A stretch of 32,000 nucleotides of DNA from Gemmata obscuriglobus (lineage in GTDB: Bacteria > Planctomycetota > Planctomycetia > Gemmatales > Gemmataceae): assembly GCF_008065095.1 (NCBI RefSeq), contig NZ_CP042911.1, forward strand, positions 3,030,001 through 3,062,000, read 5' to 3'. The position numbers and the translations under genes are program-made. Positions 1-9,672 of this stretch are shown here, one piece after another. How positions within the stretch are numbered: position 1 is the stretch's first letter; each line of letters begins with the position of its first letter. The notes under the pieces were generated by a model. That model saw nothing but the letters and a program-made list of their open reading frames with translations. It was not told where the DNA came from and ran no database searches.

Positions 1-1
1 A

Positions 2-157
2 AAAGAGTACGAAGAAGTTGACCGCGCAAAGGTGATCGAGCAAACCGGTGCCGCGTTCGGTCGCAAGGTCGTCTGGTGTGCCCCGGCCTATGCCGACAAG
101 AAGATGTTCGTCCGCAACGATAAGGAAATCATCTGCGTGGACCTCGCGGCGAAATAG
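2..157 (+). CDS. 3' end of an upstream gene (last 51 codons; product unknown)
   Basis: Open frame from the window edge (...KEYEEVDRAKVIEQTGAAFGRKVVWCAPAYADKKMFVRNDKEIICVDLAAK), TAG at 155-157, followed by a hairpin + T-run terminator. Confidence 0.5.
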   Translation, partial: KEYEEVDRAKVIEQTGAAFGRKVVWCAPAYADKKMFVRNDKEIICVDLAAK

Positions 158-196
158 TTTCGGCCGCGCTCGTGGAGCTACTGAGAATGTCGAACG

Positions 197-226
197 GCGG
201 GCGGGCATCGAGCCCGCCCGTTTTTA
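197..226 (+). terminator. Rho-independent terminator
   Basis: Perfect 8-bp GC stem GGGCGGGC (199-206) / GCCCGCCC (212-219), 5-nt loop, then TTTTT (221-225). Confidence 0.65.
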
Positions 227-293
227 ATTGACCAGCGGACGCGCTGACCTTTTCGAAGCTCGGCACGGAATGAAGTCTCGCATGTTAAGCGAG

Positions 294-1002
<709 letters not shown>

Positions 1003-1090
1003 ATAAGTAGCGGTTATACAAAATGCAACACATTTCGCTACACGACCCCGGCCGATCCGCAGCGCTGAGGCCTCTAGGGCCACCACTTTT

Positions 1091-1123
1091 TAACCTCCGA
1101 TAATAGATGCTTATCGGAGGTTA
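1091..1123 (-). terminator. 13-bp perfect inverted repeat downstream of the S8 peptidase gene (putative terminator or protein-binding site)
   Basis: TAACCTCCGATAA (1091-1103) / TTATCGGAGGTTA (1111-1123) with a 7-nt loop. There is no U-tract on the minus strand, so terminator function is uncertain. Confidence 0.3.
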
Positions 1124-1214
1124 GGGGACTTCGAGCGACTCTTAAGCTCGAAAAAGCAGTGTCATTTAAAAGGGATGGTTACGCGAATCGAAACAAACGC
1201 CGTTCCATTTTTAG

Positions 1215-3908
1215 TCATGAAATCGTCGTTTCGGTCAACGTTTCTACTCGTACCGACGTGACATTTTTGATTGGCGTGTACAGATCTGCTTCCACATTTT
1301 CCGTCAGTAGGGTTACGACGAGACTGTATTGCGCCTTCTGAAGCAGCCGCCCGAGATGGGCCCGTTCGCGCCACCAGCCCGTCACTGGATAAATGGCTAT
1401 CGAGCCACACGCGGCGAGTTCGGCCGCTGAGCCTTCCCACCAATCACTGTGAACCGAACCGTGGGTTCGGCCCTTGTCGCCGACGACCCAGTTGCGCGTT
1501 TCCGACTGCGACTTCGGCCTCACCTTCTCGTCTTCCCACTGTGTCTTCGAAATGCGCTGTTTGAATTCCGCAACGCTCTCGAGTGGCCGAATGACGTCAA
1601 AGCGTAACCCGTGTGATGCGTACCGGTGATTGGCTCCCCACCCGACACTGCCCGGGCTCGGCTCCACAAAATAAGACAATGTCACGCGCATGGTAACGGG
1701 CACTTCCCCGAGCTTTTCCAGCTCTTCTCGCGGCCACGGCAGCGCGTGAAGGTGCATCTCGTTTGTCGCGGGCTTCTTCTTCTCCGAATCGAACTTAAAC
1801 GGCTGAAGTGCCCCTTCGTGTATCAGCGTGGCGCAATTTTTCAGACTGTACACCGCCCGGTCGAGGTCCGGAACGCCGTACCCGTAGCAGCGAAGACATC
1901 TTTGGACGTTGGCCTTGTTTTCGAGGCCGAAGCGCCCGGTCATCGCACGGGTCCATTGGGCCGAGTGAACCAACAGGGCGCGGACGGTTTCGGGGCGCAG
2001 CTTCGGGTAGTGGCTCCACAACTGGGCCGCCATCCGTGCGGCCAGTGCCGTCGCCGGGCTCGTGTCGCGCGTCGTGTCGAACAGCCGCCCGCTTGGGTGC
2101 AGCATGGTCGTCAGCAGCGACAGGTCCTCGACGCTCGAGCGCGACCCGCCGTGGGCCCCGTAATTCCCGCCCTCGCACACGATGTCCGGTTTGATCGGCC
2201 AGCCCGGGTGGTGATCCTCGGGCCAGGCAAGTGAGGTGCGGCTCGTCGGGCACAGGTCACCAGCTTCGGCTATGGGCTCGTAGCCGGCGTACGTCGGATC
2301 CTGGATCGTCACCTTGTTCGTGAACGCCCCGACGGTGATCGCGTTCCAGGACTGGGCCGGGTCCTCGATCCCCGCGCAAGTTGTGTTCCACCGGTGGTAC
2401 TCATATTCAGGCGAATAGAGTTCCGCACGCACGTTCCCGGCCGAAATGAACATGAGCTTGGGCGTCTCGTCGAGAACGCCCGCGCAGATTTCGTCAACGG
2501 CCCCGGACCACGAGGAGGGCAACCCCTGCGGCGTCGCGCTCGCCGTCACGGCCATACAGATCGCTCGGTTCCGATCGGGCCGCCTCATCATCGCCAGGGA
2601 CACGCCCTGTTGGGTCACCGCGCCGTACACCTCCGGAGCGTTTTCGCTCGGGGGCGGCGGAAGGATCTTCACCGACTCGAGCCGGTGGCGCAGCCGAATC
2701 ACCTCATTGGTGCCCAACACCTCGGTCAGGCACCCGAATAACGCGATGCCGGCCATACCGGTTCCGTGCTGCTCCTGATCGTGATCGTGCGCTCCCCAGC
2801 TCTCATCAACACTCTGGGCGTCCGATTCGGCCAGTGCTTGCTCAAGAAGCGGATGCCCGCGATGAACACCACGATCCAAGATGCAAACGCTGGGCGCCTC
2901 GTTCCCAGCGGCGACTACATTCTTGAGCATCGCGGCGGCAAACTGGGCTTGGTCGCGAGCCGGCAACTCGAGGTAGGGGCCGGCGAGTTCCCTCGCCTTT
3001 CTGAGCTCTGCCATGAGGCTCAGTAGCTCCAAGGACCGGGAGAACTGGGCCGCACTACCGTACGCCAAGAGCACGACCCGCTCGGGAAACCTCACGTAAC
3101 GCGTGGTGGTGCGGATCCCGAGGGCACTGGTCAAAGAACGAAACCGCGCGACAACGGATTCGGCTTGCGGGCGAAGCGCGTGCAACCACACCTCCCACCA
3201 CCGTTCCTCAGCCTCGTCGGGGAACTCTTCCTTCTCGGCCCAAAAATCGCGGACGAGGGCCAGCCGCACCCTGGCAATGCTCGCGACGAGCGGAGTGTTC
3301 TTTCGCACCTGCTTCGAGACCGTGGCCCGTTCACCGAGCGCGGTGATGATGCGGTCGCTTTCGCTGACCGGGCAAGTGATCGATGCGGGGAGTTTTCCGT
3401 CCGACGGTTCCTTGATGCTGACTGAAACCTTTCGCTTTTTGTCAACCAGCCCTTCTAGTGTCGCGCGCATGCTCTCGTCGGCGCTGATGGTGAGCACCGT
3501 TCGGGTCGCGTACGTCTCGACGAGCTTAAAGAAGTGCTCGAGTTTCCCATCGGCGACAAAGACTTGTGCCGTCTCGACGCCGTCGCGCGGGAGGACGCTT
3601 CGCAACTCGATCCCGTCTCTAACCTTTTCGAGCCCTTTGAGGTTCAGCTCCTCTCCTTTATCACTCTCGAACGTCAGCACCAGTCCGCCGGGCTCGTGTG
3701 TGAGCACATCGAGCCCCGACCCGCGCTCGCGGACGCGGATCTCTGCGGCCTGATCTCGAGCGGCGGCGAACCCGTTTTTCAGCTCGGGGGCGTGCGTTGT
3801 GGGGTTACGGGCCGGGGTTTTAAAAGAACCGCCCCCGCCCGTGTTGGTTGAGGTGTAAGAAATCGGTTCGGCATTCTGAACGAGACGTAGGTGGGGCAGC
3901 TTACTCAT
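1215..3908 (-). CDS. ietS: S8 (subtilisin-like) serine peptidase with a ~340-aa unassigned N-terminal region; IetS-like partner of the upstream AAA ATPase
   Basis: Subtilase triad contexts are present: CILDRGV (Asp), QHGTGMAGIA (His), DTSPATALAARMAAQ (Ser). The start overlaps the ATPase stop by 8 nt (3901-3908). Confidence 0.8.
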   Translation of the reverse strand: MSKLPHLRLVQNAEPISYTSTNTGGGGSFKTPARNPTTHAPELKNGFAAARDQAAEIRVRERGSGLDVLTHEPGGLVLTFESDKGEELNLKGLEKVRDGIELRSVLPRDGVETAQVFVADGKLEHFFKLVETYATRTVLTISADESMRATLEGLVDKKRKVSVSIKEPSDGKLPASITCPVSESDRIITALGERATVSKQVRKNTPLVASIARVRLALVRDFWAEKEEFPDEAEERWWEVWLHALRPQAESVVARFRSLTSALGIRTTTRYVRFPERVVLLAYGSAAQFSRSLELLSLMAELRKARELAGPYLELPARDQAQFAAAMLKNVVAAGNEAPSVCILDRGVHRGHPLLEQALAESDAQSVDESWGAHDHDQEQHGTGMAGIALFGCLTEVLGTNEVIRLRHRLESVKILPPPPSENAPEVYGAVTQQGVSLAMMRRPDRNRAICMAVTASATPQGLPSSWSGAVDEICAGVLDETPKLMFISAGNVRAELYSPEYEYHRWNTTCAGIEDPAQSWNAITVGAFTNKVTIQDPTYAGYEPIAEAGDLCPTSRTSLAWPEDHHPGWPIKPDIVCEGGNYGAHGGSRSSVEDLSLLTTMLHPSGRLFDTTRDTSPATALAARMAAQLWSHYPKLRPETVRALLVHSAQWTRAMTGRFGLENKANVQRCLRCYGYGVPDLDRAVYSLKNCATLIHEGALQPFKFDSEKKKPATNEMHLHALPWPREELEKLGEVPVTMRVTLSYFVEPSPGSVGWGANHRYASHGLRFDVIRPLESVAEFKQRISKTQWEDEKVRPKSQSETRNWVVGDKGRTHGSVHSDWWEGSAAELAACGSIAIYPVTGWWRERAHLGRLLQKAQYSLVVTLLTENVEADLYTPIKNVTSVRVETLTETTIS

Positions 3909-4914
3909 TCGGGCGACGCTTCCTTCCCCTCTTCTTCTTCTCGGCGCGCATCGAGCGACGCGCCGCCATTGCTTCGACCAGCAGCGGCCCGGCTACAGTG
4001 GTCACGTCAGCCAAGACCGCGGCCCGCGCGGCGTCCTCAGCGGCTCGCGCCACTTCAGCGTGGCAAAGGCCACGGGCGGCGGCAGTAATGGCCGGCCAGC
4101 GCACTTCGGACAGTGTAAACGAACTGAGTCGATTCTCAATGAGCATCCGCACCGCACCGGTGTCAGGGAGCTCGTACTCGATGACGTCGTCGAAGCGCCG
4201 AAACAGTGCGTCGTCGAGCATGCCGATGAAGTTCGTCGCCGCCACGACGATGCTGTCCGAGTCGTCGCGCTCCATGAACTGCAGAAACGAGTTGAGCACG
4301 CGACGGATCTCGCCGACGTCGTTGGACGCGTTGCGGGTGGCGCCGATCGCGTCGAACTCGTCGAACAGGTACACGCCACGGGTCTCGGCCATCGCATCGA
4401 ACACGATGTGCAGTTTGGCGGCCGTCTCGCCCATGAACTTCGTTATCAGGGCGTGGAGTTGCACGAACATTAGCGGCAGCTGGCACTCTCCAGCAAGCGC
4501 CGCTGCGGTCATCGTTTTGCCGCACCCCGGGGGGCCGACCAAGAGAAGTTTTCGCCTCGGGGCCAGGCCGTGCGAGCGCAACCGCTCCCGCTGGCGCTGT
4601 TGATGGACGATGTCTTGGAGCTGCTGCTGGATGCGGCCGGGCAGCACCATGTCACTGAGCCGCGTGTTCGGGTACGAAGCGCTTACCAGGCCTGCGAGCT
4701 CTCCCGAAGGGCGCGCGATCGGGACCGCCCGGGGCGTACCCGCAGCCGCTTGCCGCCGGCTCTCTTCGACGAGCCCCCGTAACTCTTCGGCTAGGCGTGG
4801 GTTACCGTGCTTCGCGTTGTGGGCTGCGATCTGAAGCGTAACGGCCCGGAACTGCTCATCGTTACGAGCAGAATGACTTCGAATCAGGGCTTTGAGCTGC
4901 TCAGCGGTCGCCAC
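3901..4914 (-). CDS. ietA: Classic-clade AAA ATPase (IetA-like)
   Basis: Walker A LLLVGPPGCGKT, Walker B VYLFDEFDAIG, and an AAA second-region-of-homology-like ATNFIGMLDDALFRRF. GTG start at 4914 with AAGGAA 8 nt upstream. Translationally coupled to the S8 peptidase gene. Confidence 0.85.
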   Translation of the reverse strand: MATAEQLKALIRSHSARNDEQFRAVTLQIAAHNAKHGNPRLAEELRGLVEESRRQAAAGTPRAVPIARPSGELAGLVSASYPNTRLSDMVLPGRIQQQLQDIVHQQRQRERLRSHGLAPRRKLLLVGPPGCGKTMTAAALAGECQLPLMFVQLHALITKFMGETAAKLHIVFDAMAETRGVYLFDEFDAIGATRNASNDVGEIRRVLNSFLQFMERDDSDSIVVAATNFIGMLDDALFRRFDDVIEYELPDTGAVRMLIENRLSSFTLSEVRWPAITAAARGLCHAEVARAAEDAARAAVLADVTTVAGPLLVEAMAARRSMRAEKKKRGRKRRPNE

Positions 4915-4927
4915 AACATGTTCCTTT

Positions 4928-4949
4928 TTCGAGACACAACCGTCTCGAA
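4928..4949. promoter_or_regulatory. 8-bp inverted repeat TTCGAGAC-N6-GTCTCGAA just upstream of the AAA ATPase start
   Basis: Read directly. It lies in the leader/promoter region of the AAA-S8 operon. Confidence 0.25.
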
Positions 4950-5646
4950 CACTCCTCTTCTAACCGAGTTTACACTACTGACGAAAGCCCATCTATGCTC
5001 GTAATCCGCCAGCCTCGGAGTGGTCCGCGATGCGAGATGGTGCGCCTTTCGGACTTGCTCTCGATTTCAGTCGTGAGGTGGCCCACCCCGGCCCGTCCCT
5101 CACCATGATGCGCCCCAAATGAGTTCGGCGCGACACCTTAATCGCAGCGGTCGAGGTGGCAGAGTGGGACCGCATGCGCTGGCCAGTTCCCCAGGTACTG
5201 GAAACTCTGGGAAACGAGTCCATCTCCCCGATTCATCGCATCAGCGTGGCGGCTTCGGCGATCCGTGCGTTGTGGCGGCGCGATCTCCCGCGCCACGCAC
5301 GCCAAGCGTTCCTGTTTGGCGTCCTGGGGTGGGGATCTTTGCCCGATCGACCGTGCCAGCAAATCACGATACCCGTCAAAGCTGACTGAAAGCTCAAACT
5401 CATCATGCACCTCGTCCGTCGCAGCGCGAATTTGGCGTTTCGGCTATTCAGGCGTGACGATGCAACGCAGAAATGTGATTTGATGGTCAGTAACGGGGCG
5501 AATCAATGCCACCCCGCTGAATTCTCGCAAAAACGTTACAACCGGGACTCGCAACCAGTTTGTCGACTTGCTTTCAGTCTCGAAGACGAAAATTTGCCCT
5601 CTGCTAGCTGTGGAATTCCGTATAGTCGAGTGGTGGTTTTACATTC

Positions 5647-8600
5647 TTGAATGGTCGAGCCCACGACGTGACAACCTTACTTTACTACCCCGCAATCGAG
5701 AGTCGTCGTGGCCAGTATTTAGGCAGCCCGATCGTGAGGTTGCAGCAGCCTGCGGGGGTGGCCGAGGGTTTGCTCGAACCGCTACTGAATCGCGGCGCCG
5801 ACTGGTCGACGTTTACTCCCGGCCCCGCCTCCCCTCTTCCCGACCCCGTGCTCATCGCGCCGCGGGCGACTGCAGCCAAAGGGCTGCCGGCGCAGATCCT
5901 CATCACGGCCGACGGAAAGTTGCCGCCGGCCTCCCGTGACGGGTGCCGGTGGTTTCGTCCAGCTCCACACGGGTTCTCTGCGGACCTAGCCGCGTGCGAG
6001 GCCGAGTGCGCGTCCATCCTGGACTCGTGGGTCGGCAGCTTTTCTTTCAAGGCGGAGCGGCGAACCGGCCAGACGGTCCTCGAGCGCGGGCTCCGTCCGC
6101 CGCAGATCGGTGCGCTCTACGCCGCGCTGGCTCACTGGACGGTGACCAATGATCCGGCCACCGTCGTGATGCCCACCGGCACCGGCAAAACCGAAACCAT
6201 GCTCGGGTTGCTCGTGGCCGACCGGCTCCGGCGCGTGCTCGTCATCGTCCCCACGGACGCGCTGCGCGATCAGTTGAGCACGAAATTCCTGTCGCTCGGA
6301 ATTTTAAAGAGTGCGGGCGTGGTCGCGTCAGGCGCCCTTTTGCCCGTTGTGGGGACGTTGCGCCGCAAGCCGACCACGGTGCAGGAGGTGGACGAGTTCT
6401 TTTCACGCTGCAACGTCGTGGTGACGACCGCGCAAATTGCCGGGGCGTGCGTGCCCGATGTGCTCGCGCGGATGGCCGCGGTCTGCAGTCACCTCTTCGT
6501 GGACGAGGCGCACCACGTGCGGGCTCCGACCTGGGAACGGATCCGGACGGCGTTCACCGGCAAAGGGGTTCTTCAGTTTACGGCCACGCCGTTTCGAGGC
6601 GACGGCCGACTCGTCGACGGGAAAGTCATTTACAACTACCCGTTGCGGAAAGCACAGCAGGACGGCTACTTTCGCCCGATCCGGTTCCGGCCCGTCGAGG
6701 ATTACGACGAGGACCAGAGCGACAAGTGCATCGCCGCCGAAGCCCTCGCACAGCTAGAAGACGACTTGCGGGCGGGGCGCGACCATTTGCTCATGGCGCG
6801 CTGCTCGAACATCACGCGCGCGGAAAAGGTCTTCGAGATTTACAAGAAGCTGGCAGCGGGCCACCAACCCGTCCTCGCCCACAGTGAGCTGTCGGCGAAC
6901 CAGAAGCGATCGGCCGTTGAGGCCTTGCGCAACCGGACGACGCGGGTCGTCGTGTGCGTCGACATGTTCGGGGAGGGCTTCGACCTGCCGCAGCTGAAGG
7001 TTGCCGCCCTCCACGACGTGCACAAGAGCCTGGCCGTGACGCTCCAGTTCACCGGGCGCTTCACGCGGACCGAGGACGGGGTCGGCGAAGCGACGATAGT
7101 CGCCAACATCGGTAACGTCGATGTGGGCGGCGCCCTCCAGGACCTTTATGCCGAGGACCCGGACTGGAACCTCCTGTTGCGCGAGCTGTCGGAGGCGGCC
7201 ACCGGCGGGCAGGTGCTGCGGTCGGAGTTCCTCCAAGGGTTTACGAACCTGCCCGACCGCATCCCGCTCCAAAACATCTTCCCCAAGATGAGCACGGTGG
7301 CGTTCGAAACCTCGTGCCCGCGGTGGATGCCCGAAGCGATCGAGCGGGTCGTCAGGAACCTGTACGACGAGCCCGCGGTGCACCCGCGCGAGAACGTCGC
7401 AATCTTCGTCACGCGCGAGCAGTTCCCGGTGGTGTGGGGCGACGTGCGCGGCATCAGCGACGTCGTCTACGAGCTGTACATCGTGCACTGGGACGACGCG
7501 CAGAACCTCCTCTACATCCACAGCTCGGACAACGGGACGGCCCACGAGGACATCGCCAAAGCCGTCTGCGGCCCTGATGCCGCTGCGGTGACTGGCGAGC
7601 GCGTGTTTCGAGCCCTTCACGGGGTCAACCGTCTGATCCTGACCAACCTCGGGCTCGGTCACTCACTGAGCCGCGCGGTCCGCTTCACGATGCACGTGGG
7701 GCCCGACATCCGCGAGGGCCTCACCGAGATGCACGCGAAGAACAAGTACAAGACGAACCTCTTCGGTCGCGGCTACGAGGGCGGAGAGAAGGTGAGCATC
7801 GGCTGCTCGAAGAAGGGGCGCATTTGGTCGTTCCACTCGGCCGAGGACGTGCACGACTGGCTCCGCTGGTGCCGGGCGATCGGGCCGAAACTCAAAGACA
7901 ACACCATCGACGTCGCTGGGCTCCTGAAGGGGGCGATGGTGACCAAGCCAGTCTCGGCTCGGCCGACCAAAGTCCCTATCACCATCGAGTGGTCCGAGGA
8001 CCTGCTGTGCCGCGACGAGGACGCCGTCCAGTTCGAGGTGGCCAACGTGCGCGCCCCCTTTTACGAGGTGGAACTGGAGCTCGTGGGCCATTCCGACACG
8101 GACCCGATCCGGTTTCGCATCTCTTCGGACGTCTGGCCCCTGCCCGTTGAGTTCGAGGTCCGCCTCTCCGCCGACCGCGTCGAGTACGTCCCCGCGACCG
8201 GCACCGACCCGAACGTGATCGTCGGCCGACGCACCCTGGCGCTTACGAAGTACTTGAAGCAAGAGCCACCGGTGATCCGCTTCCACGACGGCGCGTTTCT
8301 CATCGGCAACGACCTGTTCGAGGCGAACGTCACGTCTCGCGTCCCGTTCGACCCGTCTCGCATCGCGACGTGGGCCTGGACCGGGGTAAACCTTAAGGTC
8401 GAATCGCAGCGACAAACCAAGCGTACCGATTCGATCCAGCGCCATGTGATCGAGCACCTACTCTCGACAACAGCCCCGAACAAATTTGAGGTCATCTTCG
8501 ATGACGACGCGTCCGGAGAAGCGGCTGACATCGTGGCCCTGAGGACTGCGTCGGGCCGTCTGCTCGTGCAGCTCTACCACTGCAAGTACTCCAAAGACCT

Positions 8601-8946
8601 GAACCCAAGTAACCGGCTCGAGGACCTGTACGAGGTGTGCGGACAAGCGCAGCGGAGCGTCTATTGGAAGGGGCAGCCGGAGCGGTTGATCGAACACCTG
8701 ATCCTCCGCGAGACGAGGAGACTCAAGAAGGGCGGCGTCTCCCGCTTCGAGCTCGGGGACATGCGAGCGCTCAAGCGGCTCAAGGGCCTGCTGCAGCAGA
8801 TGACGTGCGAGTTCGAAATCTTCATCGTTCAGCCCGGCCTATCAGTAGCACAGGCCGAGGCGAGCCAGCTGGATCTGCTGGCGGCGACCGAGCTTTACTT
8901 GAGCGAAACGTACAACGCCAAGCTCCGCGTGATAGCCAGCGTCTGA
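5647..8946 (+). CDS. SF2 (ResIII/DEAH-type) helicase fused to a large C-terminal region ending in a nuclease-like (Mrr/PD-(D/E)xK-like) module; Hna-like helicase-nuclease architecture
   Basis: Helicase motif I VVMPTGTGKTE, II LFVDEAHHV, III LQFTATPFR, VI LQFTGRFTR. The C-terminus has VIFDDDASGEAADIVAL...LLVQLYHCKYS (acidic cluster then xCK). No in-frame ATG precedes the helicase core, so the start is TTG 5647 or GTG 5668/5734/5758 (uncertain). Confidence 0.8.
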   Translation: MNGRAHDVTTLLYYPAIESRRGQYLGSPIVRLQQPAGVAEGLLEPLLNRGADWSTFTPGPASPLPDPVLIAPRATAAKGLPAQILITADGKLPPASRDGCRWFRPAPHGFSADLAACEAECASILDSWVGSFSFKAERRTGQTVLERGLRPPQIGALYAALAHWTVTNDPATVVMPTGTGKTETMLGLLVADRLRRVLVIVPTDALRDQLSTKFLSLGILKSAGVVASGALLPVVGTLRRKPTTVQEVDEFFSRCNVVVTTAQIAGACVPDVLARMAAVCSHLFVDEAHHVRAPTWERIRTAFTGKGVLQFTATPFRGDGRLVDGKVIYNYPLRKAQQDGYFRPIRFRPVEDYDEDQSDKCIAAEALAQLEDDLRAGRDHLLMARCSNITRAEKVFEIYKKLAAGHQPVLAHSELSANQKRSAVEALRNRTTRVVVCVDMFGEGFDLPQLKVAALHDVHKSLAVTLQFTGRFTRTEDGVGEATIVANIGNVDVGGALQDLYAEDPDWNLLLRELSEAATGGQVLRSEFLQGFTNLPDRIPLQNIFPKMSTVAFETSCPRWMPEAIERVVRNLYDEPAVHPRENVAIFVTREQFPVVWGDVRGISDVVYELYIVHWDDAQNLLYIHSSDNGTAHEDIAKAVCGPDAAAVTGERVFRALHGVNRLILTNLGLGHSLSRAVRFTMHVGPDIREGLTEMHAKNKYKTNLFGRGYEGGEKVSIGCSKKGRIWSFHSAEDVHDWLRWCRAIGPKLKDNTIDVAGLLKGAMVTKPVSARPTKVPITIEWSEDLLCRDEDAVQFEVANVRAPFYEVELELVGHSDTDPIRFRISSDVWPLPVEFEVRLSADRVEYVPATGTDPNVIVGRRTLALTKYLKQEPPVIRFHDGAFLIGNDLFEANVTSRVPFDPSRIATWAWTGVNLKVESQRQTKRTDSIQRHVIEHLLSTTAPNKFEVIFDDDASGEAADIVALRTASGRLLVQLYHCKYSKDLNPSNRLEDLYEVCGQAQRSVYWKGQPERLIEHLILRETRRLKKGGVSRFELGDMRALKRLKGLLQQMTCEFEIFIVQPGLSVAQAEASQLDLLAATELYLSETYNAKLRVIASV

Positions 8947-9054
8947 ATCACTTTTTCGGCAAGCTCGTTAGCGGTCGGCCTCCTTGCCCGAAGCAAAAAC
9001 CACTTGCCCATGTGATCAGCAAAGAGGCATCAGTTCCCTCAGCGACGCTCAAGC

Positions 9055-9672
9055 TCAAGCGCCTCTGCCGAGCTTCTTTCGAAGCGCTTGCAGCAGAGCG
9101 TTTTTGATCTCTAGCGGGTACGCACGAGCCGTCGGAGTTCCCCACCTTCCCCGCTTCGGAAGCGAATGAGGGTCGAGCTCACCTCTCACCTCGTGCGCGA
9201 GCAGCAGCAGCGCATGAATCAATTCGTTGGCCTTCGTGTCGCGCTGCCCGCTCCCGCTCCGGATCAGATCGAGCAACTCCTCGGACATGCGGAGCGCCTC
9301 GGGCGACATGTTGATCTCGCGCCGGGGGCCGGTGTGCCGCGGGGGCCGAGACTCGACAAGGGGTGGCTGCTCTGCCGCCGCCTGAGAAACGACCGGTGGA
9401 GGTGGAAGCAGTTCCCCCACTTTGTGCGCGTCGGCATTCGCCGAAATCGTTGAAGGGGTGAATGCGGGTACCGAACCGATTGGCGGGGGCTCGCTGAAAA
9501 CCTTTGGCTTCAGGATCACAGGTGCGGCACGACTCGGGGCGGCCGGCTCCCCTACCCGCTTCGGCGCCACCGGACTCGGCCCCACTTCCGCCAAGTAGTC
9601 GCCGAGGTCGGTTATCGGGGCCACATCCAAGGTGAACGTGTCAGAGAGGCCGGGCCGGTACTTGTTAGCCAT
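9055..9672 (-). CDS. ParA partner: Pro/Ala-rich protein with a C-terminal ribbon-helix-helix-like segment (candidate centromere-binding protein)
   Basis: ATG at 9672 overlaps the ParA stop by 8 nt (ATGGCTAA). The C-terminus REINMSPEALRMSEELLDLIRSGSG..KANELIHALLLLAHE has a strand-helix-helix pattern like ParG/omega/CopG. Confidence 0.6.
   Translation of the reverse strand: MANKYRPGLSDTFTLDVAPITDLGDYLAEVGPSPVAPKRVGEPAAPSRAAPVILKPKVFSEPPPIGSVPAFTPSTISANADAHKVGELLPPPPVVSQAAAEQPPLVESRPPRHTGPRREINMSPEALRMSEELLDLIRSGSGQRDTKANELIHALLLLAHEVRGELDPHSLPKRGRWGTPTARAYPLEIKNALLQALRKKLGRGA

Noticed and set aside
3848-4603. 251-aa plus-strand ORF
   Set aside because: It is antisense to the AAA ATPase gene, and its Ser/Ala/Arg-rich sequence carries no motifs.
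6754-8457. Two long minus-strand ORFs (302 aa and 264 aa) inside the helicase gene
   Set aside because: Both are antisense to a gene with a full SF2 motif set. They have no motifs of their own and show typical high-GC antisense composition.
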